Shown here piece after piece: positions 1 through 12,770 of a stretch of DNA of 64,000 bases. Both the position numbers and the translations under genes were made by a program. Numbering within the stretch: position 1 is the first letter of the stretch; each line of letters starts with the position of its first letter. The notes below the pieces were generated by a model that saw only the letters and a program-made list of their open reading frames with translations, searched no databases and was not told the DNA's origin. The DNA comes from Squalus acanthias (lineage: Eukaryota): assembly GCA_030390025.1 (NCBI GenBank), contig CM059431.1, positions 99,512,001-99,576,000 of the forward strand. Reading direction: 5' to 3'.

Positions 1-149
1 AGGGGCCTTGGGGGATTTAAGCAATGCTTACTGGCCTTTAAGAAGAACGTGAAGAGTCTGAAGGTAGTCAGCGCGCCATCATGTAGAATGTAACCCATGT
101 TTCAGAAGGCATTCTTTAATTGGGGTGAAGAAGTGTACTGGCAATGAAA

Positions 150-1430
150 TACCTACTGTCCATTCGCAACTCCTCAGATAATGAAGCAGTCCATGCCCGC
201 ATGCAACAAGATCTGGACGACATTCAGGCTTGGGCTGATAAGTGGCAGGTAACATTCACGCCACACAAGTGCCAGGCAATGACTATCTCCAACAAGCGAG
301 AGTCTAACCACCACCCCTTGACATTCAACGGCATTACCATCGCCGAATCCCCCAGCATCAACATCCTGGAGGTCACCATTGACCAGAAACTTAACTGAAG
401 CAGCCACATAAATACTGTGGCAACAAGAGCAGGTCAGAGGCTGGGTATTCTGCGGAGAGTGTCTCACCTCCTGACTCCCCAAAGCCTTTCCACCATCTAC
501 AAGGCACAAGTCAGGAGTGTGATGGAATCCACTTGCTTGGATGAGTGCAGCTCCAACAACACTCAAGAAGCTCGACACCATCCAGGACAAAGCAGCCCGC
601 TTGATTGGCACCCCATCCACCACCTTAAACATTCACTCCCTCCACCACTGGCGCTCCGTGGCTACAGTGTGTACCATCTACAAGATGCACTGCATCAACT
701 CGCCAAGGCTTCTTCGGCAGCACCTCCCAAACCCGCAGCCTCTACCACCTAGAAGGACAAGGGCAGCAGGCGCATGGGAACACCACCACCTCCAAGTTCC
801 CCTCCGAGTCACACACCATCCTGACTTGGAAATATATCCTGCATCGTCGCTGGGTCAGAATCCTGGAACTTCCTACCTAACAGCACTCTTCTTCTTAGGC
901 AGTCCCTCGGAACCGAGGATAACTTGCTTCCACATTAAAAATGAGTTCTCAGGTGACTGATGAGTCCAATGCGGGACCTACAGTCTCTGTCACAGGTGGT
1001 TGAAGGGGCGGGTGGGCGGGGTGCTTGGGTTGACGTGCGCTCCTTGCGCTGCCTGCGCTTAGCTTCCGCTTGCTCCCGGCGAAGAGACTCGGGGTGTTCG
1101 GCGCCTTCCCAGATGCTCTCCTCCACTTCGTGCGGTCTTGGGCCATGGATTCCCAGGTGTCGGTGGGGATGTTGCACTTTTTTAAGGAGGCTTTGAGGGT
1201 GTCCTTGAAGCGTTTTCTCTGCCCACCTGGGGCTTTCTTGCCGTGTCGGAGCTCCGAGTAGAGCGCTTGTTGTGGGAGTCTCGTAACAGCACTGTGGGAG
1301 TACCTTCACCACACGGACTGCAGCGGTTCACGAAGGCGGCTCACCACCACCTTCTCAAGGGCAGATCGGGATGGGCAATAAATGCTGGCCTTGCCAGCAA
1401 CGCCCACATCCCAGGAATGACTAAAAAAAT
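150..1430 (+). mobile_element. 5'-truncated CR1/L2-group LINE ('family A'), RT C-terminus to 3' tail, interrupted by an RTE at 888-1283
   Basis: Frameshifted ORFs 144-398, 417-752 and 541-960 give DLDDIQAWADKWQVTF..KCQ, RAGQRLGILRR, IYKAQVRSVME and LDTIQDKAARLI, typical of the post-RT region of CR1/L2-group ORF2. The tail gggcaataaatgctggccttgccagc..cccacatccc is followed by an A-run. Exact clade uncertain. Confidence 0.85.
888..1283 (-). mobile_element. RTE-clade LINE 3' fragment with 10-bp TSD
   Basis: Minus strand encodes GQRKRFKDTLKASLKKCNIP..WES.AQDR.KWR and a C-terminal CDRDCRSRIGLISHLRTH, then an (AAG)n tail. TSD taacagcact at 878-887 and 1284-1293. Confidence 0.9.
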
Positions 1431-1644
1431 TCCACTGCTTCCTGACATGCTCATCTATGAGCAAAGGTGAGAAGGAAAGAAGTGTGATGATTAATGTGGT
1501 ACCTCCTGTGAACTGCGTACTAGTTGCAGGTGAGAGGTGGCCTCAAGTGGGAAAGAAGATTATTACATTCCGTTGTTATAGGAGAGACTATAAGAAAAAA
1601 ATTTTTTACACAGCGAGTTGTTGTGATCTGGAATGCACTGCCTG

Positions 1645-1803
1645 AAAGAAAGAATTTGCATTTCTATAGCGCCTTTCATGACCTCAGGACGTCCCAAAGC
1701 GCTTTACAGCCAATGAAGTACTTTTTGAAGTGTGGTCACTGTTGTAATGTAGGAAACGCGGCAGCTAATTTGCGCACAGCAAGCTCCCACAAACAGCAAT
1801 GTG
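1645..1803 (-). mobile_element. Deu-domain SINE 3' fragment inside a CR1 fragment (~1560-1870)
   Basis: Matches the 3' part of the full copy at 56832-57280; the CR1 sequence gaatgcactgcctgaaag|gtggtgga resumes on either side. Confidence 0.8.
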
Positions 1804-1947
1804 GTGGTGGAACCAGATTCAATAATAAATTTCAAAAGGGAATTGCATAAATATTTGAAGGGAAAAATGCCTTTTTAACAGCCTTATCGACTTGTCCTGC
1901 CACCTTCAAAAATTTGTGTGCGTGAACCCCCAGGTCTCTCTATATCT

Positions 1948-2292
1948 TCATAGAATCATCGAATAGTACAGCACAGAAGGAGGCCATTCGGCCCATTGAG
2001 TCTGCGCCGGCTCTTTCGAAGAGCAATCCAGTCAGTCCCACTCCCCCCGCTCTTTCCCCATATCCCTGCAATTTTTCTCCTTCAAGTATTTATCCAATTC
2101 CCTTTTGAAGGCTGTTATTGAATCTGTATCCACCGCCCTATCAGGCAGTGCATTCCAAATCCTAACCACTCGTTGCGTAAAAAAGTTTTCCCTCATGTCG
2201 CCTCTGGTTCTTTTGCCAATCACCTTAAATCTGTGTCCTCTGGTTATCGACCCTTCAGCCATTGGAAACAGTTTCTCTTCATTTACTCTATG
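1948..2292 (-). mobile_element. CR1/HER1-like LINE 3' fragment
   Basis: ORF 2032-2262 reads TRGHRFKV..FFTQRVVRIWNALP..FKRELDKYL, followed by the CR1 3' UTR. Confidence 0.9.
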
Positions 2293-2880
2293 GCAGAATA
2301 CATGTTCCTTATTGAACGGTTGCTCCTCTGATTTGAAGTGAGAAGCACCACAGGAGATGTGCTGGTACTTTAAAGATTTCCATAATAACGTGTGTCCTTC
2401 ATGTTGAAAAATTTGCAGGAAATCGTAAGAGCATCAACTATGAGAAAGGAAAAGAACATGGGGGGAGGTATTCCTGAACTGTAATATATCAGTGTTTATA
2501 TTGATATTGAATGATGCCTTGTAACTAATGTCTATCTGTGGTTTCTAATCTGCCAATGATTAGCAAACTCAGCCAACTGAGTCATTTGAATATAGTTTAT
2601 TCAGGGTTCATTACTGAATTTAAATACATAACCTGATTGGGGCAGGTTTAGTACATGATGTATTGCGATCACTGGGACAGTCTCGGTATGTAATAGATCA
2701 GACTGCGGGGGCAAGTTCAATAGCTCATCAATCAAACCAAAGGGACAGGTTCGCTACGTAATAGATGAGATCCTACAGGCAGGGTTGGTATGTAATCAAT
2801 CAAAATGCAGGTGCAGGATTGGTGTTCAATTGACAGATTTCAGGGAGAAGTTTGGTACATAATTGATCAGATTAAAGAGG

Positions 2881-3480
2881 CAGGATTGGGATCTGATCAA
2901 TCAGATTACACACACAGGATTGGGATCTGATCAGATTACACACACAGGATTGGGATCTGATCAATGAGATTACACACACAGGATTGGGATCTGATCAATC
3001 AGATTACACACACAGGATTGGGATCTGATCAATCAGATTACACACACAGGATTGGGATCTGATCAATCAGATTACACACACAGGATTGGGATCTGATCAA
3101 TCAGATTACACACACAGGATTGGGATCTGATCAATCAGATTACACACACGGGATTGGGATCTGATCAATCAGATTACACACACGGGATTGGGATCTGATC
3201 AATCAGATTACAAGGGCAGGATTGGGATCTGATCAATCAGATTACACACACAGGATTGGGATCTGATCAATCAGATTACACACACGGGATTGGGATCTGA
3301 TCAATCAGTTTATACACACGGGATTGGGATCTGATCAATCAGATTAAACACACAGGATTGGGATCTGATCAATCAGTTTATACACACGGGATTGGGATCT
3401 GATCAATCAAATTAAACACACAGGATTGGGATCTGATCAATCAGATTACAAGGGCAGGATTGCTATGTAATAGATGTGAT
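2881..3480. repeat. 34-bp minisatellite (~17 copies), preceded by diverged units from ~2630
   Basis: Unit caggattgggatctgatcaatcagattacacaca, with starts at 2881 and 2915. Confidence 0.95.
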
Positions 3481-3584
3481 TGTTGCATATCTTGTCATCT
3501 TATTTTTCAGTGAATTGATGATTTCCTGGATAATAATGAGAAGTCGCACAACACCAGGTTATAGTCCAACAGATTTATTTAATT

Positions 3585-3623
3585 TTACAAGCTTTCGGAG
3601 CAGTTCGCTCCTTCGTCAGGTAA
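3585..3623 (-). ncRNA. Minimal type-I hammerhead ribozyme motif (family B) in a Penelope-like repeat fragment ~3538-3630
   Basis: Minus strand reads ttac-CTGACGA-aggagc gaact gctcc-GAAA-gc-TT-gtaa; the flank is nearly identical to 49460-49545. Confidence 0.75.
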
Positions 3624-4504
3624 GTTAGCAGTGAGAGAATCTCCCAGAATTCACAATTTAAACACAGACAAAATCTATTCACATCTTTCCCTACATCAAA
3701 GAGCACAGCCAAGACAATGAGATGTGTCCCAGGGGGTCCAACGTGTCAAACCACCTGCTGGCTGCATATCCTGTCAATTTGTGTAGGTTCTTGTGTTAGT
3801 CTTTTTAAAAAAAAAAACACCTGGGAAGACCGGCCATGATGTCAAGTCACGTTCTGTATCGTGACATGAACCCGATATCGCGATTCCTGGATAATATAAG
3901 AGCTCTTTTCTCATCGCAGCTGGAAATAGTTGACAGATCAATATTGTCCACATAAATGAGCAAAGCACCCTAGCACTAATATACATAAATCATTTCCTAC
4001 ATTCTATTGTAAGCTAGCGACTGTGACTAACTCAATTGACTCACTCTGTTGCTCTTATTTTGCCCACTTGAAAAGAATTAACCGTAAACGACATTTAATG
4101 GAGGCTCATTTTTTTTTTAGTTTTTAGATTATTTTGTACCCTCATTACTCCCAAGAGAACTTGGGGTAGTGTTTCGTGAATTGGTGCTTGCTCTGCGACT
4201 GAGTAGCTTATCAGGAAATGTGCTTGATTAGGAGCTCTGCTTTGGGAGCATTACTCTGTAAAATCTATCATTTTGAAATAGTAGCGTTGAACACTCCTGG
4301 TGAGAGTGGATGGGGAGTGGGACTAGACGGACACCTTTCAGAGAGCTGGCACAGGCTCGATGGGCCAGGTGACCCCTGCCTCTACTGTAAAATCCCATGA
4401 TTCGAAGTAACTTTGGAGAATTACTTTAAACTAGATCACAAGAGTGGCGCAAACCAAACCACAAGAACCTTAAATGGGAATGAGATAAATATTTGCAAAA
4501 GAAA

Positions 4505-4665
4505 AATTTCCAAAGGGAATTGGATAAATACTTGAAGGGAAAAAATGTGCGAGGCTACGGGGAAAGAGCAGGGGGGAGTGGGACTAATTGGGTCGCTCTT
4601 TCAAAGAGCCGGCACAGGCACGATGGGCCGAATGGCCTCCTCCTGTGCTCTATCTTTCTGTGAAC
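4505..4665 (+). mobile_element. CR1 3' tail fragment
   Basis: agggaattggataaatacttgaag...gatgggccgaatggcctcc matches other CR1 tails in the window. Confidence 0.8.
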
Positions 4666-4833
4666 CCTGTCTTGATTCAAACCATAAAATCTCTCTGTCA
4701 CTGAGCCATAATTTGCTGCAGGGATCGCTAACTCCTTTTCCAAACACTCCAGCCCATACCACCAAGGAAAGAAGTAAAATAGAGAGTAAAAACAGTGGAG
4801 ATAAGCAGAAGGAAAAGTTAAAGGGGAAAAGCA

Positions 4834-4958
4834 CAATAGGAACATCGGAACAGGAGGAGGCCATTCAGCCCCTTGAGTCTGTTCCGCCATTCAATTAGAT
4901 CATGGCTGATCTGTATCTTAACTCCATTTACCGCTCTTGGTTCCGTAACCCTTAATAG
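4834..4958 (-). mobile_element. CR1 3' tail fragment
   Basis: ggaacaggaggaggccattcagccccttgag...gatcatggctgatc, as at 40830 and 53315. Confidence 0.8.
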
Positions 4959-5599
4959 AAGTAAAGCGAGAGAAGGGGAGAGATCTGAGAGAGAAACAGC
5001 AACACCAACAAGCGGCAGGAGCAGTTAAGAGGATGACAATATTCTCTGATTCACCATGTGGCATCTCATGGTAGATTGATTAGCTTATTATAAATTATCG
5101 CTTCGGCATATAATTAAAAGATTCGTGATTTAACTGCTCAAATGTCAAAACAAATATAAATTGGAGTTTACTAAGTATAAAATATATAAGAAAGTGAATG
5201 AATACCAATTGATCCTGATTATCATTAATTCTTTACAACACTGTAATCTCTTTGTGAGTTAGTTTAAATGCAAATCGTAGAGTTTTAACATTCTAACCAG
5301 CTTTACTTTATTTCCCTTTATCGTTTAATTTATCCCATTATCACATATCAACAACATTACTTTAATTTTGGACCTTATCTAGTTGAGATTAAATATTAGC
5401 AACATTGTACGAGAGGCTCCAAACTAATGTGTATGCAAGCAGAGTCTGGATACAGGTAAATTATTCACCCCTGTTTGTTATAAACCCTAATGTTGCAGTC
5501 CCCACTTTGACTTTTTTTAAATTGCTAAATTCACAAAACGATTTTCCACTACTCATTTCATTTCTCTATTATTTTTAGAAGCACTAAAAATTTAAAAGA

Positions 5600-5997
5600 A
5601 TTTAAAATCGAGGTGTTGCCGAACCGGAAGCCAGTGTAAGTCAGTGAGCACAGGGGGTGATGGACGAACGGGACTTGGTGCGAGTCAGGACACGGGCAGC
5701 AGAGTTGTGGATGAGCCCAGGTTTACGGAGGGTGCAAGGTGTGAGTCCGGCCAGGAGTGTGTTGGAATAGTCGAGTCTGGAGGTAACAAAGGCATGGATG
5801 AGGGTTTCAGCAGCAGATGAGCTGAGGCAGGGGCGGAGACGGGTAATGTTAGGGAGGTGGAAGTCGGCGGTCTGGCTGATGGAGAGGATGTGGGATCGGA
5901 GACTCAGCTCAGGGTCAGATAGGACGACGAAGTCGCGAACAGTCTGGTTCAACCTCAGACTCTGGCCAGAGAGAGGGATGGAGTCGGTGGCTAGGGA
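5600..5997 (-). mobile_element. L2 LINE fragment
   Basis: ORF 5641-5952 contains AETLIHAFVTSRLDYSN.LLAGL...NSAARVLTRT, a hallmark of L2 ORF2. Confidence 0.9.
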
Positions 5998-7314
5998 ATC
6001 AACGATTACATTATCGGCCCCATAGCTTCATTTGAAAAAAATCATAAATGAGAATCTTCCCTTCCAAGTGAGGGCTGAGAGGTCAAGGACAAGATGCACC
6101 TAAATCATTAATTACATGACAGGTTCGAGCAATTGGTGGGAATAAATCAATTGATTGGCCCTGAACCATTCTTAATTATCTGAACCTCCTCATCCGTGCC
6201 TCTGTTAACTCCAGACTCAACTATTCCAATAATTATCCAGTTAATAATTGATTGGGGATTTTATATCCGCTCACACCAATAATATTTAATTAAATTTATA
6301 AAGAGGGAAAGGTTTTACTCATTAAAAGCATGGAATTTATCTGAAGGAGAATCCAACATGGTCGGGTGAATTTCCATGCGGGTTACAGAGAATTACATAG
6401 AATGTACAGTACAGAAACTGACCACTTGGCCCAACTGGTCCGTGCCGGTGTTTATGCTCCACACCAGCCTCCTCCCACTTTCTAAGACCAAATTTCCAGC
6501 ATTTTCAGCTTTTATCCCACTTTCTAAGGTTCTTCCAATTACCCACCGTAACGAAAACCTCGGAAAAGGAGGCGTATGTAGGAGTGTCTCTGAATCTGAA
6601 ACATTCGCAGCATATCTAATAATACGAGGATTCGAGCTGAATGAAGACTAAACATAGTGGATTGATTTTAACCACGAGCCTCTCCTGCTGGAGATTCGGG
6701 TGCGTGTTGTGCAGGATTGTTCGTCCATTAATTTCAATGTGGAGCCTTTGAACAAAGTGAAGACGGTACATGCTTGTCTCTTAAAAGAAAAAAGAAAATG
6801 AAAAGCAGGCAGAATCCGTGTGCTTTTCCACCACAGCCTCTGACATCTTCGGGTCAACGACAATAGGAATTATTCTATTATCATCCATCACCAGCCCTTG
6901 ATGTGAAATTACTGAAGGAAATTAACCTCGTGCTGGAGGTTATTGCTTGAGATCACATAGAAATAGCAAGCCCCACAATCCTATTGATTATATTGAGGTG
7001 TTCAAGGTCTGCTCGGTCAGAGATTGGTGCCTTCCCAACATTCACCTCAATGTTTTCTTGACAGAACTGAAAAGAAACAGATTTATAAACTTCCCGACAG
7101 CTCGCGCGACCTTTGACTAAACCCTGCATGGTAAGATTATTCTGTGGCGCAAAATGAAAATGACTGTAAAATCATTATTTAATGAAGAACAAGATAACAA
7201 ATTAAAAAGTAGATCTGTTGTTTTTGAAAGCTCCTTCTTTGAAGTACTTCGGTCTCCTGTACAGAGATTAAATCCAGTGATGCTCTTACAAAAGGGTACA
7301 GAGAATTACATAGA

Positions 7315-7552
7315 GTTCCCCTCCCAGTCACACACATATCCTGACTTGGAAATATATCGGCCGATCCTTCATCGTCGCTGGGTCAAAATCCTGGAACTCC
7401 CTCCCTAACAGCACTGTGGGAGCACCTTCACCACACGGACTGCAGCGGTTCAAGAAGGTGATTCACCACCACCTTCTCAAGGGGCAACTAGGGATGGGCA
7501 ATAAATGCCGGCCTTGCCAGTGATGCCTGTATCCCATGAATGAATTAAAAAA
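7315..7552 (+). mobile_element. Family A LINE 3' fragment
   Basis: Homologous to 795-887 plus 1294-1430 without the RTE insert, which confirms the empty site. Confidence 0.85.
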
Positions 7553-7899
7553 ATACAATTTACAGCTCAGAAACAGGCCATTCAGCCCACCATGCTTGTG
7601 CCGGCACTTTGAAACAACTGTCCAATTTAGTCCCATACCTCCGCTTTCTCCCCAAGCCATGATCTCATTGAATGGAGGAACAGGCTCGAGGGGCTGAATG
7701 GCCTCCTTCTGTTCCTGTATGGGTTTAAAATGTGCCCAGCAGTCTTTGCTTCTCTCTAGGACAGGACAGTTGGAGTTTCAGGCTTGTAGTGTAGAGAGGG
7801 GTTCGCTGGACCGATCCTGCGTGTACGATGTTCTATCAGTTGCTTGCTCACCACCGATAGTCTCTTCATTAAAAAGAAAAAATGATCAATGATGTAATT

Positions 7900-8305
7900 A
7901 TTATTGTTTTATTTAAAAATTATCATTGTTGTTTTCAAATCCCTCCATGGCCTCGCCCCTCCCTATCTCTGTAACCTCATCCAGCCCTACAACCCTCCGA
8001 GATCTCTGCGCTCCTCCAATTCCGGCCTCTTGCGCATCCCCGATTTTAATCGCTCCGCCATTGGCGGCCGTGCCTTCAGCTGCCTGGGCCCTAAGCTCTG
8101 GAATTCCCTCCCTAAACCTCTCCACCTCTCTCTCCTCCTTTAAGACGCTCATTAAAACCTGCCTCTTTGACCAAGCTTTTGGTCACCTGCCCTAATATCT
8201 CCTTATATGGCTCGGTGTCAACTTATGTTTGATAATCGCTCCTGTGAAGCGCCTTGGGACGTTTTACTATGTTAAGGGTGCTACATAAATGCCAGTTGTT
8301 GTATT
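7900..8305 (+). mobile_element. L2 LINE 3' end
   Basis: FKSLHGLAPPYL..RSLRSS..GGRAFSCLGPKLWNSLP..FKTL.KT.LFDQAF; tail gtgaagcgccttggg...aaatgc followed by (ttg)n. Confidence 0.9.
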
Positions 8306-8552
8306 TAATCGACAGGTGGCTCCTTTTTAGTTCTACTTAAATTCTAAGAGTTACCAAGTAATCTGCATATTTTCTTGCAAAATGAAAATCTCAGAATGCC
8401 TTACACTCCTGAAATAAACATGTGCTTGAAATATTCGCCTGGTCGCTCGCAATGTTAAACACTATTTTGCTTTGAGGTACCATCTATGATGAATTATTCA
8501 GCTCTGACGTTCAATTGCAGAAGCAAGGATAATTATATTCTACTTAATAGTA

Positions 8553-8712
8553 AGTTTCAAAAGGGAATTGGATAAATACTTGAAAAGGAAAAATTTGTAG
8601 GGCTGTGGGGAAAGAGCAGGGGGGAGTGGGACTAATTGGAGAGCTTGTTCAAAGAGCCGGCACAGGCACGATGGGCCGAATGGCCTCCTTCTGTGCTGTA
8701 TCATTCTATGAA
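8553..8712 (+). mobile_element. CR1 3' tail fragment
   Basis: Same tail as 4505-4665. Confidence 0.8.
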
Positions 8713-8842
8713 TTATTATTATTTTGGATGTACTAAAATGTTGCTAACGTGTATCGAGAATGAAAGAAGTCTGTGTGCAGTCATAAATCCATGACACACC
8801 CTGACCGCTTCTTTCGTCCTTTAAAACTCGACAATTGTGTTA

Positions 8843-9150
8843 CAGGTTGAGCGTCCCAAATCCGGAATGTTCCGGAATCTGGACTCCGGGACGATTGGTG
8901 GCAGGGGTCCGGAATCCGTAAAATGTTCTGGAATCCGGACACCCTGAGGGAGGCTTACCAAAAACGCAACCTGGGCCCAGGCATTTCCGGACTCGGCACG
9001 TGTTTCTGATGTCCGAAGTCCGGAAATATCGCAACCTGGGCTCGGGCGTTTCCGGACTTCGGACATCAGAAACACGTTCCGAAGTCCGGAAAACCCGAAA
9101 ACCGGCTCGGCCTCGGTCCCGAAGTTGCCGGATTCGAGACGCTCAACCTG
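8843..9150. mobile_element. Tc1/mariner (Tigger/pogo-like) MITE
   Basis: TIRs CAGGTTGAGCGTC / GACGCTCAACCTG flanked by TA at 8841-8842 and 9151-9152; internal TCCGGA-rich palindromes. Confidence 0.9.
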
Positions 9151-9209
9151 TATTGCTTTAAAACACAGTCTCAATCTTCGAACTGCACCTTCAGCGGCTA
9201 GAATGCTCA

Positions 9210-9545
9210 GAGAATTACATCGAATTTACAGCACAGAAACAGGCCATTCGGCCCAACTGGTCCGTGCCGGTGTTTCTGCTCCACACGAGCCTCCTCCCGC
9301 CCCTCTTCATCTCACCCTATCAGCATATCCTTCTATTCCTTTCTCCCTCATGTATTCCATTCTCCCTCATGTGCTTGTCTAGCTTTTTTCCTAAATGCAT
9401 CTTTGCTATTCGCTTCAACCTGTGGCAGCGAGTTCCACATTCTCACCACTCTCTGGGTAAGGAAGTTTCTCCTGAATTCCCGATTGGATTTCTTGGTGAC
9501 TATCTTATATTGATGGTCCCTAGATTTAGACTTGCCACAAATGGC
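9210..9545 (-). mobile_element. CR1 3' fragment
   Basis: Homologous to the CR1 at 42855-42958 plus 49287-49456. Confidence 0.8.
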
Positions 9546-9669
9546 ATAAACCAGATGTTTATGTCATTTCTCCTGCTGAAGATACACTGGGAGATCAGGT
9601 GAGCTTGTGCTGAGTTTCCGGGCCATTGAGGAAGACCACCCATTGATAGCCAGCGTGTCTGATAAACAC

Positions 9670-9915
9670 ACCTGTGAAGCGCCTTGGGACCTTTTACTAT
9701 TGTTATAGGTGCTATACAACAACAACTTGCATTTATACAGCACCTTTAACGTAGTAAAACGTTCCCAAGGTGCTTCACAGGAGCGATTATCAATCAAACT
9801 TTGACACCGAGCCACATAAAGAGATATTAGGGCAGGTGACCTAAAGCTTGGTCAAAGAGGCAGGTTTTAAGAAGCGTCTCTTAAAGGAGAGGTGGAGCGG
9901 TTTGGGGGGAATTGC
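9670..9915. mobile_element. Two L2 3' ends tail-to-tail (+ 9670-9717, - 9718-9915)
   Basis: cctgtgaagcgccttgggac followed by its reverse-complement homolog ttcccaaggtgcttcacagg. Confidence 0.75.
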
Positions 9916-10575
9916 AAGCTGCTATTGAAGCACAGAGATCTCAGCATGAATCTTATGCTGTTGTATTCTTTGGTTTTGATAAAACGCATTTGCTTTTACC
10001 AGTAGTTTAACGACATATTATTACTGAGATAAATCTGTTTGAAGTGCCATGCAAGGTAACAATCTTTTAATCTAATATCACTGTGTTTATATCACACGGC
10101 ACGGAGAGTGTTTCGCAGTTCTTATAATGAGAAAAGTGGCCCCTTGCTGTAGCCTCTTACGAAAGGGAAAAGCCAATTGTACACAAATTCAATGCTCTGA
10201 TGCTATGCCATAATTATCTCGAATGCTCTCAAACTATTCCTGGTGGAAAATGCAGGTATCAGGGTTAGAAGACCAGGACAAAAGAATACTGTTTCCTTTG
10301 CATCCGTGAAACGCTGTCCAAGAATTTTGACTGTGATTAATTGTCATTACTTTTCCTTTACATGTGATTCCATGCGTACATCATATCAGCCTCAAATCTC
10401 TGCTCCTCCTAAAGACAGAAGTTAGGAACCCATCTCTGTCAGGTTTCCCCCCCTTGAAAGCATCCACAGCAAATTCTGATGGAGAGAGAGTGTGACTTCT
10501 TCTGTACGCCCCCATCCCTGCCCCCCAAAATCCCAACATCGGTTTGGGGATGGGGGGGGGCGGGGGCAGACCTGT

Positions 10576-10971
10576 CAGAGTTGCCAACCCTCCAGGATTA
10601 CCCTCAGGTCTCCAGGAACTGAAAGCTAATCTCCATGACCTTGCCGGGAGCAGAGACCCAGGGAGAAAGATCATCAGGGTATTAAAGATTGTAGTTTTTT
10701 TTTTAAAACACATTCTTTGAACGCTTTAGTTCTTAGTAATGAAAATATCTCAGATGGGGAGAAAAGGCTGCTTGGATGATTTTCTGACTGTCCTTCAATG
10801 GGGTAATGACAAGTCTATAGGCTTTCCGATTGGCCGAGGGGAAGGCGGGGCACCGCGAGGGTGGGCGTGTCGGGCGACCAATGGTGGGGGGGGGGGGGGG
10901 CGGGGCGTTTGGAAGCGAGAGGTCATGTGATGACAACTCCAGGAATCCGTCCAACCAGAGTTAGCCACTCC
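10576..10971. mobile_element. Possible degenerate hAT-like MITE
   Basis: Starts CAGAGTTGCCAAC and ends with the degenerate inverse GTTAGCCACTCC; no clean 8-bp TSD. Confidence 0.45.
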
Positions 10972-11099
10972 AGATGCTCCTTAAAACCTAGCTCTTTGAC
11001 CAAGGTTCCTGCCCTGATATCTCCTTATGTGTCTCAGTGTCAAATATTGTTTGATCATCACTCCTGTGAAGTGCCACGACTACATTAAAGGAGTTAGAG

Positions 11100-11500
11100 G
11101 GGGTGCGGTGACATAGTAGTAATGTCACTGGGCTAGTAATCCAGAGGCCTGGACTAATGATCCAGAGACGTGAGTTTAAATCCCACCACGGCAGCTGGGA
11201 AATTTAAATTCAGTTAATTAAATAAATCTGGAATAAAAAGCTAGTGTCAGTAATGGTGACCATGAAGCTACCGGATTGTTGTAAAAACCCATCTGGTTCA
11301 CTAATGTCCTTTAGGGAAAGAAATCTACCGTCCTTACCCGGTCTGGCCTATATGTGACTCAATGTGGTTGACTCTTAATAGCCCTCTGGGAAGCCCACTT
11401 GTATCAAAAAACTGCTACGATGCAGTGGTTCAACAAGGCAAATAAGGATGGGCAATAAATGCCAGTGACACCCACATCCCGTGAATGAATTAAAAAAAAA
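11100..11500 (+). mobile_element. tRNA-derived SINE sharing its 3' tail with the family A LINE
   Basis: A-box-like ggtgacatagtagtaa and B-box-like gagtttaaatccc; tail ggatgggcaataaatgcc..cccacatcccgtgaatgaatt followed by an A-run, as at 7493-7552. Confidence 0.8.
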
Positions 11501-11769
11501 CGTGAGTTGTTCACTCTGAGTGCAAATATGCAGGAATTTCAATGGCCATTGTTTTAGAGGTGAATAGAAAGAATGAAAGTCTTGCATTTCTATAGCGCCT
11601 TTCACGACCTCAGGACGTCCCAAGGCGAATGATGTACTTTTTGAAGTGTAGTCACTGTTGTAATGTAGGAAACGCGGCAGCCAATTTGCGCACAGCAAGA
11701 TCCCACAAACAGCAATGTGATAATGACCAATGATGTTGGTTGAGGGATAAATATTGGCCAGGACACCCG

Positions 11770-12095
11770 GGAGCATAGTGGCATAGTGGTTAGCACTGGT
11801 GCCTCACAGCGCCAGAGACCCGGGTTCGAATCTGGCCTCGGGTGACTGTCTGTGTGGAGTTTGCACATTCTCCCCGTGTCTGCGTGGGTTTCCTCCGGGT
11901 GCTCCGGTTTCCTCCCACAGTCCAAAAATGTGCGGGTTAGGTGATTTGGCTATGATAAATTGACCCTTAGTGTTAGGGGGGGATTAAATATGTGGGGTTA
12001 CAGGGATAGGATGGGATATGTTAGGGGGAATTAAATACGTGGGGTTACGGGGATAGGGTGGGATATGTGTCGGTGCAGGCTCGATGGGGATTCTG
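11770..12095 (+). mobile_element. HE1-like V-SINE
   Basis: tRNA head (tggcatagtggttagc; gggttcgaatct) and V-domain gtctgtgtggagtttgcacattctccccgtgtctgcgtgggtttcctccgggtgctccggtttcctcccaca; internal ~48-bp duplication at 11970-12070. Confidence 0.9.
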
Positions 12096-12316
12096 TGTGA
12101 GGGGGCAGGGACAGGGTACTGGATTTGGATGATCAGCCATGATCGTATTGAATGGTGGAGCAGGCTCGACGGGCCGAATGGCCTACTCCTGCTCCTAGTT
12201 TCTATGTTTCTATGTTTCTATGTAGAACTCCCCTGCTCTTCTTCGAAATAGTGCCATGGGATCTTTTGAGAGAGCAGACGGGGCCTCGGTTTAACGTCTC
12301 ATCTGAAAGATGGCAC

Positions 12317-12770
12317 CTCCGACAGTGCAGCACTCCCTCAGTACTCCCCCTCCGACAGTGCAGCACTCCCTCAGTACTGCCCCTCCGACAGTGCAGCGCT
12401 CCCTCAGTACTGCCCCACCGACAGTGCAGCGCTCCCTCAGTACTGCCCCTCCGACAGTGCAGTGCTACCTCAGTACTGCCCCTCCGACAGTGCAGCGCTC
12501 CCTCAGTACTGTCCCTCTGACAGTGCAGCGCTCCCTCAGTACTGACCCTCCGACAGTGCAGCGCTCCCTCAGTACTGCCCCTCCGACAGTGCGGCACTCC
12601 CTCAGTACTGCCCCTCCGACAGTGCAGCGCTCCCTCAGTACTGTCCCTCGGACAGTGCAGCGCTCCCTCAGTACTGCCCCTCCGACAGTGCTGCACTCCC
12701 TCAGTACTGCCCCTCCGACAGTGCGGCGCTCCCTCAGTACTGCCCCTCCGACAGTGCTGCACTCCCTCGG
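12317..12770. repeat. 33-bp SINE-derived minisatellite (~14 copies)
   Basis: Unit cagtactgcccctccgacagtgcagcgctccct. Confidence 0.95.

Noticed and set aside
2881..3480. CRISPR-like array (palindromic ~34-bp units)
   Set aside because: Units are head-to-tail with no unique spacers, there are no cas genes, and the context is eukaryotic. The same applies to the 24-, 29-, 33- and 49-bp arrays.
11770..11845. tRNA gene
   Set aside because: The A/B boxes run directly into the V-domain, so this is a SINE head. The same applies at 11100, 14932, 22240-22315 and 57200-57280.
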